DNA of 27,915 bases, taken from positions 1 to 27,915 of the IMG/VR virus record IMGVR_UViG_3300032074_000024; one strand, 5' to 3'. Below the pieces are notes generated by a model. The model was not told where the DNA came from, made no database searches, and saw only the letters and a program-made list of their open reading frames with translations. Position numbers and translations under genes: made by a program. Shown here one piece after another: positions 8,038 through 16,579 of the stretch; the first letter of the stretch is position 1; each line of letters opens with the position of its first letter. This DNA comes from a virus (Duplodnaviria > Caudoviricetes).

Positions 8038-9333
8038 TTAATTGCGGGTGTTAGCTTCGGCATACAGGCGACGGCCTGCAGGCGTGTTAAGAAATTCTGC
8101 CTCGAGCTGCTCGCGGCTTTTGCCCTGGGCGCTCTTTTGCACCAGGCCATCCACATGCTGCTGGATCTTGGTGTAAGCATCGCCACCTGAGGCCTGAGCA
8201 TTGCCCATGGCCGTGCCCAGCTCCTTGAAGAGGCCGTCTGCTCCACCCTGTTTCATCTGCTCATTGGCAGCCTTCATAATGCGCTCCCAAGAAGCCAGGC
8301 CCTCAGGGTCCTTCCGATGCAAGCGCATGAGATTCTCACCAATCTCTTCAGGGCGGCCCAGGGCATTATACTCTCTGGCGGCCTTGGCAATAAATTCCCG
8401 GCGCTGCATCTCTTCATCGAGCTTCTGGGATTTTGCGACCAGCTCACGATTGGCCCGCTCGAGCTCTTCAAAGCGCTCAAAGTGGCTCTTGAGGACAGGC
8501 TCCAAAATGGCGCGCTGGCTCTTGTCTAAGCCCTTGAGATTCAGAGCGCTTTTGCCAATGACGGATTTGGCCACGTCCTCATCCTCATCTTCGGCATCAG
8601 TCTCATCAGCTGCCTTCTGAGCAGCCTCAGAGATGCCCCGCTGCTTCATGGCTTCAGCGTACGCGGTGCGCGCTGCAGCCAGAGCTGCTTCCTTGTCTGC
8701 ATCAGAGGCATCGGCAAAGTCCGGCATCCCATCGGCCTTGGCAACAGCTGGGGGGACGTCCTCACCCTGCTCTTCGTCTTTGACCTCATCGGTCTTCTGG
8801 GCCTCAGCATCCTTCTCCTCTTCGGAGTCCTCAGCCTTGCCCAGCTCCTCGATCTTGGCATCATCGGCCTTGCCAACATCGGCGCCGTCATCGGTGCCAT
8901 CGGCGGCCTCAGCGTCCTCTTGGGCCTCTTCGTCACCCTCTACACCCAGGGCATCGGCAAAATCGGCCATGGTGCCAGCGCTGATGGCTTCAGAGTAGGG
9001 TGCCAGGATGCGAAAGGCCGCCTTCAGGGCGTTCTGTGCATCCTCTGGCAGGACATCATCGGCGGGCATGTCACCCTCAGGGATGTCACCATCGGCTTTT
9101 TTGACGCGGCTCTTGGCTGTTTTTGCGATGACAGCAATGTGCTCCAGCTTTTGCCGGGGGATGCTTGCCATGGCAGCAAGCAGATCCTGCGCCGCGTTGG
9201 CTGAAGGGGAGGCTGGGGATGTGGCCATGCTCGAGGCTCCAATTTCGGATTTTACGATCAGGTACCGACGCTTATTGGCGGCTCTCTTCACCAGGCTGAT
9301 TTCATGCACATCAAGGTCTTTGAGCCGTCGCAT
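8038..9333 (-). CDS. Head scaffolding protein with N-terminal protease-like strand
   Basis: N-terminal LKDLDVHEISLVKRAAN; acidic linker; coiled-coil C-terminus; GGAG RBS. Confidence 0.75.
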   Translation of the reverse strand: MRRLKDLDVHEISLVKRAANKRRYLIVKSEIGASSMATSPASPSANAAQDLLAAMASIPRQKLEHIAVIAKTAKSRVKKADGDIPEGDMPADDVLPEDAQNALKAAFRILAPYSEAISAGTMADFADALGVEGDEEAQEDAEAADGTDDGADVGKADDAKIEELGKAEDSEEEKDAEAQKTDEVKDEEQGEDVPPAVAKADGMPDFADASDADKEAALAAARTAYAEAMKQRGISEAAQKAADETDAEDEDEDVAKSVIGKSALNLKGLDKSQRAILEPVLKSHFERFEELERANRELVAKSQKLDEEMQRREFIAKAAREYNALGRPEEIGENLMRLHRKDPEGLASWERIMKAANEQMKQGGADGLFKELGTAMGNAQASGGDAYTKIQQHVDGLVQKSAQGKSREQLEAEFLNTPAGRRLYAEANTRN

Positions 9334-9412
9334 CGGTGTTACTCCAAGGGATAGGTTTCAAGATGGGGCAAAAGCGCGGGCAAAACAAATCACCGAGGCT
9401 GTTTTTGCCACA

Positions 9413-11074
9413 TCAGGCTGCCATCAGGCGCGTCCCAAGGCCGCCGACACTGAAGCCTGTATATTCCCCATCCATCAATTGCTGCCACTCTTGCTTATCT
9501 GAGACGTGCACGCTCATCAGCCAGCTGCCCCTCTTGACCTCCACAGGTCCATCAGGGCCCTCAAAGACAAGATCCTGTGGGGCAATATAGCTCTCCACAA
9601 CACCTGCATCTATGGGGCGCCCATGCTCTGAGCCTACCACTCTGGATTGCTTCAGATAATTGTGCGCGGCCAGCTCGATGTCCTCAGGGGTCATGTAATC
9701 ATCCTGGGTGTCCAGCTCATTGGGGCTGAGGACAACACCAGTGACAATCTGGCGCATGGCATCTGATTTTGCGATGGGCACAATGCGGCCAGCGCTCTTA
9801 TGGACAAGATTTGCCATCGCCACATCGGCTGGTGCGGTATTATAGGCGGCCAGGGCCATCTGCATGTCCAGAGGCAAAGGCGAAGCTGGGGCATAGGTGG
9901 CATCAGCTCCGTGATAGGCGGGCACCCTCAGAGGCACCCTCTTCAAGGTTTGCTGGGTGCCAAAGGGCTGGCCTCCCTGCTCGAGCAGGACCAGGCCCGG
10001 CAAGGGCCAGTCCTGCTCTGGCTCAATCAGCGGCTCAGGGCCTGCATAGTCCAGGATCCCCCCCTCCATCAGCACACGTTGACACTCCTTGAGCAGGGGG
10101 ATGGGATCTGGATTGGCTCCCACGTTGCCCAAGATGTCATGGAGGGCATGGTGCAGACGGATGACGCGTACGCTGCCATCTGGGAAGGGCAGGCCCAGCT
10201 CCACATCATGCAGAATGGTGCCATGGTCATAGGCAAACACATCCAGGCCCAGGTGGCCTGGAGCGCGCTGGGTGCCAGAGCCGATGTCCAGCATCAGCCC
10301 ATGCAGGTGGCGCACAGCCTGGGGCACGCCCACCTGGGCAAACAGGCCTGGGCGCTCCCTGATGGCTCTGGAGGCCCGCTGCCTGGCCTCTTCGGCCGTA
10401 ACAGCCCCTGTCATCATCTCAGCATCCATGCCCTGCACCAGCCTGTTGGCCTGCATCAGCGGGGCAACAGAAGGATCGACCTGGCCCTCATCGGTGTCTC
10501 TTGGGAGCGTGGGGGTCTGCAGATCATAGGCGGCCTGGATATAGGCCAGCTCCTGGGCGCTTGGCTCCACATTGGGTGCTCTTTTGAGGACAAGCAGCTT
10601 CTCCTCTTTCTTCTTGCCCCCCAAAGGCACAGGCACATGGACCTCTGAGGCCAGGGGGCTGGCCTTGCCGATCTCGGCCTGCACATCCTTGATGCGCTTT
10701 TTGAGGGCCTCGAGCTCTGCAATGAAGGCCTGCTTGCTCACATCCTTGCGCGCCTTGGCGTGGGCATGGCCCAAGGAGACAGCTGGGCCCAAGGCGGCCT
10801 TATGGAGCAGCGCGTGCTGCCATGGGGGGAGCTGGCTCTTGGCTGCCTGATGGTAGGCACGCAAATAGCCCTCACTGGCCCTGCCCTCACTCTTGGTGAT
10901 GGCCTGGTAGCCTTGGGCAATGGCGCGGGCCTCAGCCTCTGGGATGCCCTGGCCCATCAGCTGGATGTAATCGAGCCGCTCAGGGCCTGAAAGAGGCCGC
11001 AAGCGGCCCATCACGCTCTTGCGAAGGCTTTTGACGAAAGCTTGTTTGCCAGTGTGACTCATCCGTGACTCCAT
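9413..11074 (-). CDS. XkdF-like prohead serine protease (C-terminal) fused to a class I SAM-methyltransferase-like domain
   Basis: RQIVTGVVLSP..D.Q.D...IELAAHNY...EH...VVESYIAP...GSW...GEYTGFSVGG; central LDIGSG...GLD...LPFPDGSV...LKECQRVL.EGG. Confidence 0.85.
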   Translation of the reverse strand: MESRMSHTGKQAFVKSLRKSVMGRLRPLSGPERLDYIQLMGQGIPEAEARAIAQGYQAITKSEGRASEGYLRAYHQAAKSQLPPWQHALLHKAALGPAVSLGHAHAKARKDVSKQAFIAELEALKKRIKDVQAEIGKASPLASEVHVPVPLGGKKKEEKLLVLKRAPNVEPSAQELAYIQAAYDLQTPTLPRDTDEGQVDPSVAPLMQANRLVQGMDAEMMTGAVTAEEARQRASRAIRERPGLFAQVGVPQAVRHLHGLMLDIGSGTQRAPGHLGLDVFAYDHGTILHDVELGLPFPDGSVRVIRLHHALHDILGNVGANPDPIPLLKECQRVLMEGGILDYAGPEPLIEPEQDWPLPGLVLLEQGGQPFGTQQTLKRVPLRVPAYHGADATYAPASPLPLDMQMALAAYNTAPADVAMANLVHKSAGRIVPIAKSDAMRQIVTGVVLSPNELDTQDDYMTPEDIELAAHNYLKQSRVVGSEHGRPIDAGVVESYIAPQDLVFEGPDGPVEVKRGSWLMSVHVSDKQEWQQLMDGEYTGFSVGGLGTRLMAA

Positions 11075-11115
11075 CCAAAGATGGCTTCACTGTAGGCTAA
11101 TTCAGCCTCTGAGGC

Positions 11116-11337
11116 CTAATGGCTGGCCCTTGGATAGACCATCTGGCGATTCATGCCGCGCCTGCTACACTTGAGATTGCAGTAGGTGCGCTTGGCAAAG
11201 GCCGAGGCGTTCTCACCTTCCCTGAGCCACAATTTCTGATTGCAGGCAGGGCAAAGGCGCTCACCTTCAGGCTGGACGGCAGCGGGCTTATAATTGTTCT
11301 TCGGAGGGCGGTACGCTCTGGATGGTGTTTGGGTCAT
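11116..11337 (-). CDS. Small zinc-finger protein
   Basis: CPAC...KRTYCNLKC. Confidence 0.6.
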   Translation of the reverse strand: MTQTPSRAYRPPKNNYKPAAVQPEGERLCPACNQKLWLREGENASAFAKRTYCNLKCSRRGMNRQMVYPRASH

Positions 11338-11686
11338 GGATTGTTTCGTGAAGAATGTTGGCGATAGATGCAAGGTCATTGACCGTATTTTGCGGATCCA
11401 CGCCTTCAGGGGCAGTCAAGTAATCAAGACCGGCATCAGCGGCCTTCTTAACAGCCTGCTCGAGCGCAACATAAGCAGCCTGAATCAGCGCTTGCGCTTC
11501 AGGTGGCAGGTTGGCCACGGCAGCATTGAGGGCAGGCTGCTCCTGTTGAAACAGCGCCGTTGCCAGCCCATCCACAGCCTTGCCCACAGGATCGTTAGGA
11601 TCCTGGGCAGACGTGGCAGCCAGACGATTGACGGCACACGCGTGAAGGAAGAGGGCAATGCTGAAGGTGATGAAATGTCTATGCAT
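11288..11686 (-). CDS. Predicted lipoprotein
   Basis: MHRHFITFSIALFLHA-C lipobox; helical mature region. Confidence 0.7.
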   Translation of the reverse strand: MHRHFITFSIALFLHACAVNRLAATSAQDPNDPVGKAVDGLATALFQQEQPALNAAVANLPPEAQALIQAAYVALEQAVKKAADAGLDYLTAPEGVDPQNTVNDLASIANILHETIHDPNTIQSVPPSEEQL

Positions 11687-11741
11687 GTTGGCCAGCATAG
11701 CATGGGCTTTGAGGCCCAGCCAAGAGCCAAGATGCAGCGCG

Positions 11742-12026
11742 TCATCCCCAGGTCACCGAAGCCAGCAAGCGGTCCCATAATTCCTTGAGCCAGCAAGGTC
11801 CCCTCTGGGGGGTGCAACAGCACAGCCTGGCCCAGGCCTCAAGGGTGGCCTGAGAGCTCTGTGCACAGCTGTCACAGGTGACAGGCTCATAGGTGTCCGT
11901 GAAATCGACGCTGTAAGAAGACTCTGCCTCAGAGGGATAACGGATGAGCATGGGCGCCACTGGCCGATACAGCGGGGGAGGGGGAGAGGGGCTGTAGGGG
12001 GGCAGCTGCCCAGGTGCCATTGACAT
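11742..12026 (-). CDS. Pro-rich hypothetical protein with PY motifs and a Cys cluster
   Basis: LPPYSPSPPPPLY; LCCC; GGAG 9 nt before the ATG at 12026. Confidence 0.55.
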   Translation of the reverse strand: MSMAPGQLPPYSPSPPPPLYRPVAPMLIRYPSEAESSYSVDFTDTYEPVTCDSCAQSSQATLEAWARLCCCTPQRGPCWLKELWDRLLASVTWG

Positions 12027-12055
12027 TGCGCGCATCTCCAATCTAATGCCGTTGC

Positions 12056-12871
12056 ATGAATTGTTATGGCCTCAATCCAGAGCAGCTGCGCACCTTATGC
12101 GAGGATTACAGGAAGGGCACAGGGTACAGCATATTAGCGCGTGCCCTAAAATTAGATCCAGCTATCGTGCGTGAGATCCTGGTAGACCAAGGGATTCAGA
12201 TCCGGGGGGCAGGCAGTCCTCTCAAGGCTATGATTGATCAAGAGAGATTAAGAGAGCTGCACGCAAAGGGCCTCAGCACGCTTGCTTTGGCAAAGCATCT
12301 CAACAGTACCAGGACCGTCATCAGGCACAGGCTTAAGATGCTGGGCCTCAGGCCGCTTACTGGCACAGAAGCCAACCTTGCCAGGATGAAGGCATTATCC
12401 ATCGAAGAGCGCATGGCTTTGACAGAGGCTGCGCACCAGGCCACCAGAGGGCGCAAAGCTCCCCAGCGTCGAATGATTGCTGCAGCATTGGCCAATGAGA
12501 AGGCGTGCCGACAGAGTGAGAATGAAAGGAAGGTGCAGGCGCGGCTCAAGGCCCTTGGATTGGTGCTTCGGCCTCAGGCTGCAGTCTTCAAGTATAATAT
12601 CGATCTTGCCCATATGCCTGGCCGTGTCGCCATAGAAGTCCATAACACCTGGCACACAACACCCAGCAAGGCGTTAGCAGACGCATCCAAGCTGTATCAT
12701 CTCAATTCATGCGGATGGATGACGGTCTATATCGATCCTGATGCCCCAGAATCGGGCCTATATGAGAGCATTGCTGCTCTGTGCAGATTCAGAGAGGCCT
12801 GGCTGGCTAGTCACCATCCTGAAGAAACACAACACATCGGCAACGGGGGTGGCTCTCAGCCGGATAAGTAA
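12056..12871 (+). CDS. Free-standing putative homing endonuclease (HTH repeats plus DUF559/Vsr-like nuclease)
   Basis: Two HTH-like segments; SENERKV...YNIDLA...VAIEVH..WH...D..K...L...GW.TVYI; antisense to the operon. Confidence 0.75.
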   Translation: MNCYGLNPEQLRTLCEDYRKGTGYSILARALKLDPAIVREILVDQGIQIRGAGSPLKAMIDQERLRELHAKGLSTLALAKHLNSTRTVIRHRLKMLGLRPLTGTEANLARMKALSIEERMALTEAAHQATRGRKAPQRRMIAAALANEKACRQSENERKVQARLKALGLVLRPQAAVFKYNIDLAHMPGRVAIEVHNTWHTTPSKALADASKLYHLNSCGWMTVYIDPDAPESGLYESIAALCRFREAWLASHHPEETQHIGNGGGSQPDK

Positions 12872-13715
12872 CCTGGCGGCCACCAGGCAGGGTCCACTTG
12901 CCATCCAAGGGAGCTGTTGTGCCATCCATGGGCTTGCAGATCTCCTCACAGGCATCAGGCTCAGCTGCCCACACCCTCACAGTAGATGGATCCAGAAGGC
13001 CGTCCTTGGCCTGCTTCTGCCACACAACGGTCTCTGCAGCTGCAGCGGCCACCCTGGTCTCTGTGATGGCAATCAGGTTGGCCCGCTCATTGAGCATCCT
13101 CCTTTCTTTGGAGGCTACACGGCGCGCAATGGCGCTGGGGCTGAGGCCCTTCTGCTCGAGGCCCGCCTGAAAATTGGCCACAGCCTTGCGCTGGGTGTCC
13201 GACAGCGCAATCTGGCTCTTGATGGACAGGGCCACCTGCCTGGGTGTGCGCCCAAGTTTATGCCCCTCGGCAATCATCTGGTGGATGCCCTCTCGATTGT
13301 CCTTCAAGTCCACCAGGTATTTCTTCTGGCGGGCTTTGAGCTTTTGCTGGACACCCTTGGTCTGGACAGTGTTGACGTACTCTGGATTGACCTCATCGGC
13401 CTTAAGGCTCTTGATGGCATGGTCAAATGACTTGTCGAAGATGTCATCAATGGCCTGGGATGTTTTGCCCAGGTGCCCCTCGAGCTCATCCCAGCCGATG
13501 TGCTGGTCCATGGCTGTGTAATCGCGCTGCTCATACATCTGGGCCAGCTTGTCCTGGCTGATGCGCTTTTTGAATTTGGTCACACCATCCACAAAGGACA
13601 TCTTCACAGCACGCTCAGCTTGCCGGATGAAGGCCTCACGCTTGTCTGTTGTGCGCTGCTTATTGGGCTGCTTGACCTTGCGGCCAGACTTATAGATCGG
13701 TGTAAATCGCCACAT
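12807..13715 (-). CDS. Phage head morphogenesis protein (Mu gpF/SPP1 gp7-like)
   Basis: RANLIAITET...W....DACEEICKPMDG...HPRCRC. Confidence 0.9.
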   Translation of the reverse strand: MWRFTPIYKSGRKVKQPNKQRTTDKREAFIRQAERAVKMSFVDGVTKFKKRISQDKLAQMYEQRDYTAMDQHIGWDELEGHLGKTSQAIDDIFDKSFDHAIKSLKADEVNPEYVNTVQTKGVQQKLKARQKKYLVDLKDNREGIHQMIAEGHKLGRTPRQVALSIKSQIALSDTQRKAVANFQAGLEQKGLSPSAIARRVASKERRMLNERANLIAITETRVAAAAAETVVWQKQAKDGLLDPSTVRVWAAEPDACEEICKPMDGTTAPLDGKWTLPGGRQVTYPAESHPRCRCVVFLQDGD

Positions 13716-13717
13716 TC

Positions 13718-14206
13718 TCAGGTCCCATCCACATCTTCAGGCGTGATGGCAAGCTGGGCATTGAGGCCATACATGCGAAGCTTATGCAGGGCTGAGGCCA
13801 CCTCTTGCTGCACCCTGGCTGGGGTAACATTCAGATAGTCTGCAATCTTGGTCATGTCATGCTCCCCTCTATCAGCCACATCGAGGCTGCAGGTCTCTGG
13901 CATCTGGGCCAGTGTCTCCTCCTGGTGGCCGAAATTGAATTTGACGCTGCCCACAGGGGTGAAATCCAAATAAAGATGATGCCTGCAGCCCACAAAGGGG
14001 CAAGGCCGCGGCCCTTGGATGCAGTCCTGGCGTGAGCGTGGCCGCCAGGAGGGCATAAGCTTTGGCTCCTGGCTGCCATGGTCCTCAATCTCACTGATGT
14101 GGACAGTGACTCTGTTGGGAGTCTCTTTGCGCTTGCCCAGGGGAGTCTCCCTTAGCGCGCTTAGGCACGGCCTATCTTTGGACCAGCTTGGTGGCGCTCT
14201 CTTCAA
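13718..14206 (-). CDS. Cys-rich domain plus sigma70 region-4-like HTH protein, copy 1
   Basis: RPRSRQDC..GPRPCPFVGCRHHLYLD; ETCSLDVA; IADYLNVTPARVQQE..SALHKLR. Confidence 0.8.
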   Translation of the reverse strand: MKRAPPSWSKDRPCLSALRETPLGKRKETPNRVTVHISEIEDHGSQEPKLMPSWRPRSRQDCIQGPRPCPFVGCRHHLYLDFTPVGSVKFNFGHQEETLAQMPETCSLDVADRGEHDMTKIADYLNVTPARVQQEVASALHKLRMYGLNAQLAITPEDVDGT

Positions 14207-14263
14207 GAGGGTGCGCTATCTGCTCAAAAGACAGCAAGATCCCAGCCCTCAGAGGCACACAAA

Positions 14264-14701
14264 TCAGCCGTATCTGTGCTCTGGAATACTGATGTCTTCT
14301 GGCTCAGCACAGGCCTGGGCAATGCGTAATTTGGCCAAGCCCTCTTCTTCTTGCTGGCGCGCACGTTCGCGGGTCACATTCATCCTGGCGCCCACGCTCT
14401 CCAGCTGCATCCCACCCTCATTGGCCACATCAAGAGCACAGGTGTCTGTCATCTTGCTGAGGGCTTCCACATCATCCCCAAAGTTATATTTGATCTGTCC
14501 CTCACGGCCGACATCCAAGAAGAGATGATACTTGCAGCCCACAAAGGGGCAGGGCCTGGGGAAGGTGGAGCAATCGGCGCGCACCTTAGGCCTCCAGCCA
14601 TCATGGCCTGGTGGCGTGTCACCAGTCTTGGCCCACGTCTTGGCCTGTCTCTCTAAGAATCGGCGGCTCTCTGCTCTGGGCATGGGCATGGGCCAAGACA
14701 A
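14264..14701 (-). CDS. Cys-rich domain plus sigma70 region-4-like HTH protein, copy 2
   Basis: RPKVRADC..FPRPCPFVGCKYHLFLD; DTCALDVA; LESVGARMNVTRERARQQEEEGLAKLR; start may be a downstream ATG. Confidence 0.85.
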   Translation of the reverse strand: MSWPMPMPRAESRRFLERQAKTWAKTGDTPPGHDGWRPKVRADCSTFPRPCPFVGCKYHLFLDVGREGQIKYNFGDDVEALSKMTDTCALDVANEGGMQLESVGARMNVTRERARQQEEEGLAKLRIAQACAEPEDISIPEHRYG

Positions 14702-14720
14702 GCAGAGAACGTGCCCCCAT

Positions 14721-15341
14721 TCAAGGGACCTGAAGAATCTGGGGCTGCAGCTCTTCGGCCTCAGGGGCTTTCTTAGGATACCTGGCCGCGATGATGGCCC
14801 TCTTGACCTGGCTGAGGCAGTCCTTGCTGCAGGTCTTGCGGCGCTTATTGCCTGGCTTGAAGAGCTTCTGGCAGCTCATGCAGGCCACATCCTGGTCCTT
14901 AATCTTCAGTGGCGATTCTTTGCGATTGGTGCGCCCATTCTCAGGGAAGGATTCCACCAGATCCTTGGTGTGCTCCTTATGGGTGCCCCTGGTGAGGATC
15001 TGGCGCACAACATTTCTGGTGATCTGGTATCGGTCTGCCAAAGCCTGAGCTGAGAGGCCCTCGGTGTAATAGCCATGCCAAATCCCCTCACAGCTCTCTT
15101 TGCTGATTTTGAATCTGGACACAGACTGAGGGCTGCCAAAGTCCACAGTTCTGGGCATGTAATCCCATAGCTTGCGGTACTTGATGCCCCTGATGAGCCT
15201 CTTATCGACACCCATCTCTTCGGCCATGAGATTGGCTGTAGCGCCCTGCTCGAGCCTTTCGATGATATAGGCCACCTCCTTCTCTGTGAGCTTGGGGTAG
15301 CGGCGTGTGGATCGAAGAGCTTTGGGGGAGCTCTTGGTCAT
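14721..15341 (-). CDS. DNA-binding protein with two HTH modules and a zinc finger
   Basis: KLTEKEV..I......G.....MAEEMGV....I..I..RKLW repeated in degenerate form; CMSC...TCSKDC. Confidence 0.7.
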   Translation of the reverse strand: MTKSSPKALRSTRRYPKLTEKEVAYIIERLEQGATANLMAEEMGVDKRLIRGIKYRKLWDYMPRTVDFGSPQSVSRFKISKESCEGIWHGYYTEGLSAQALADRYQITRNVVRQILTRGTHKEHTKDLVESFPENGRTNRKESPLKIKDQDVACMSCQKLFKPGNKRRKTCSKDCLSQVKRAIIAARYPKKAPEAEELQPQILQVP

Positions 15342-15419
15342 GTCTGCAAACCTTTGCGTCTGTTGCGCATGGCGCGTTTGACACAACAGAAGCAAAGGCC
15401 AGGAGGCCAATTCAAGAGC

Positions 15420-15430
15420 AATGCGTCATT
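15420..15430. promoter_or_regulatory. Quasi-palindrome AATGCGTCATT
   Basis: Intergenic; its exact reverse complement is at 17061-17071. Confidence 0.4.
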
Positions 15431-15468
15431 ATGGCGTAAAAATCATCTGAGAGCCGAATTAAGCAGCC

Positions 15469-16533
15469 TCACCAAGGAGAGCCGCCGCTCATCCAGGTCC
15501 TGATTTCATTCTGGTATTGGGGATTGCCGCCTTGGCTCAGGGGCCCATTATAATCGCGCAAGGCCTGGTCCAGATTCTGATTGGCCTGATTGAGCAGGAA
15601 GCGGATATAGCGCGCCGCTGCCCAGACGGCATCTTGGGCATTCTGCCTGTCTCCCCCATCCCCAAATTGCCGCCAGGCCGAATCATCAGAGAATTGAAAC
15701 ATGCCCCAGCCGTTGCCGGGCCTCTCCTGGAAGGAGGATTCAGTGGCGGCAATCGCGCCCAGCAAGGTGGGCACCAGGGCATTGGCCGTGGCCGCGCTTT
15801 GAAAGGCCTGCCCCCAGGGCTTGAGCTCAGGATGCAGGGTCAAAAAAGAATCCCAGGAGATGGTGCCATAGCCCAAAAAGCTGCTTGGGCTTTGGGCTGT
15901 CACCTGGATGGGCGTGCCCAGGGTCCAGTGTTGATTGCCATTCATATTCCAGTCACAGCTCCACAGCTGCAAAGAGCCGCCATTGTTATAGTGGCCGTCT
16001 TTGACATCAAGACACCAATTGGTGCCCCTCTTGCGAAGGGTGCCACCGACAGCTTCAAACATCTGATTGGGATTGGTGCCTGTGGAGCAGGCATACAGCT
16101 GCAAGGGCGCGCCGTAATAAAGAGCGCCATTGGGGACGTCCAGGCACATGTTATTGAGGGTCTTGAGCTGGCTGCCTGAGAGCTTGAATTGCTGATTATT
16201 ATTGCTGGCGCCGCAATCCCACAGCTGCAGCGCTTGCTGATTGCGAAATTGCCCACTGGGGACGTCCAGGCATTTGCCGTTGCGCGTGGCCAGATTGCTG
16301 TAGCCTGTCACAGCTCGAGCCTCCAGCTGCACCTTGGGAAGCTGCAAAGCCTGCTTGGGCCACACAGGCGGGGCATAGCCTGGGGGCTGCATCTCCAGCG
16401 GGAAGACGGTCTCCTGAGCCGAGGAGGCCGCGGCTGAGGGCGTCTGGGGAGCCAGGGCCTGATATGGATTGCTGGAAGCTCGAGCCGTTGTGCTGGCCGC
16501 CAGAGCGCTGGTGAGCCAAGTCAAAGCCTGCAT
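15469..16533 (-). CDS. Ricin-B lectin (CBM13-like) plus SLT/GH23 lytic transglycosylase, probably exported
   Basis: Three CLDV...LQL[WY].C...NQ.[FW] repeats; AIAATESS, GMFQF, AAARYI and ALRDYNG motifs; Ala-rich N-terminus; GAGGGG RBS. Confidence 0.88.
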   Translation of the reverse strand: MQALTWLTSALAASTTARASSNPYQALAPQTPSAAASSAQETVFPLEMQPPGYAPPVWPKQALQLPKVQLEARAVTGYSNLATRNGKCLDVPSGQFRNQQALQLWDCGASNNNQQFKLSGSQLKTLNNMCLDVPNGALYYGAPLQLYACSTGTNPNQMFEAVGGTLRKRGTNWCLDVKDGHYNNGGSLQLWSCDWNMNGNQHWTLGTPIQVTAQSPSSFLGYGTISWDSFLTLHPELKPWGQAFQSAATANALVPTLLGAIAATESSFQERPGNGWGMFQFSDDSAWRQFGDGGDRQNAQDAVWAAARYIRFLLNQANQNLDQALRDYNGPLSQGGNPQYQNEIRTWMSGGSPW

Positions 16534-16579
16534 GACATCCCCCCTCAAAAGCTGGGAGGATGGCACCATCTAAGAGGGG

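Noticed and set aside
90-9390. Sigma54-like or CATnnT -10 promoters upstream of MCP, scaffold and other genes
   Set aside because: The GG/GC spacing does not fit sigma54, and the -10-like hexamer is too degenerate to support without TSS data
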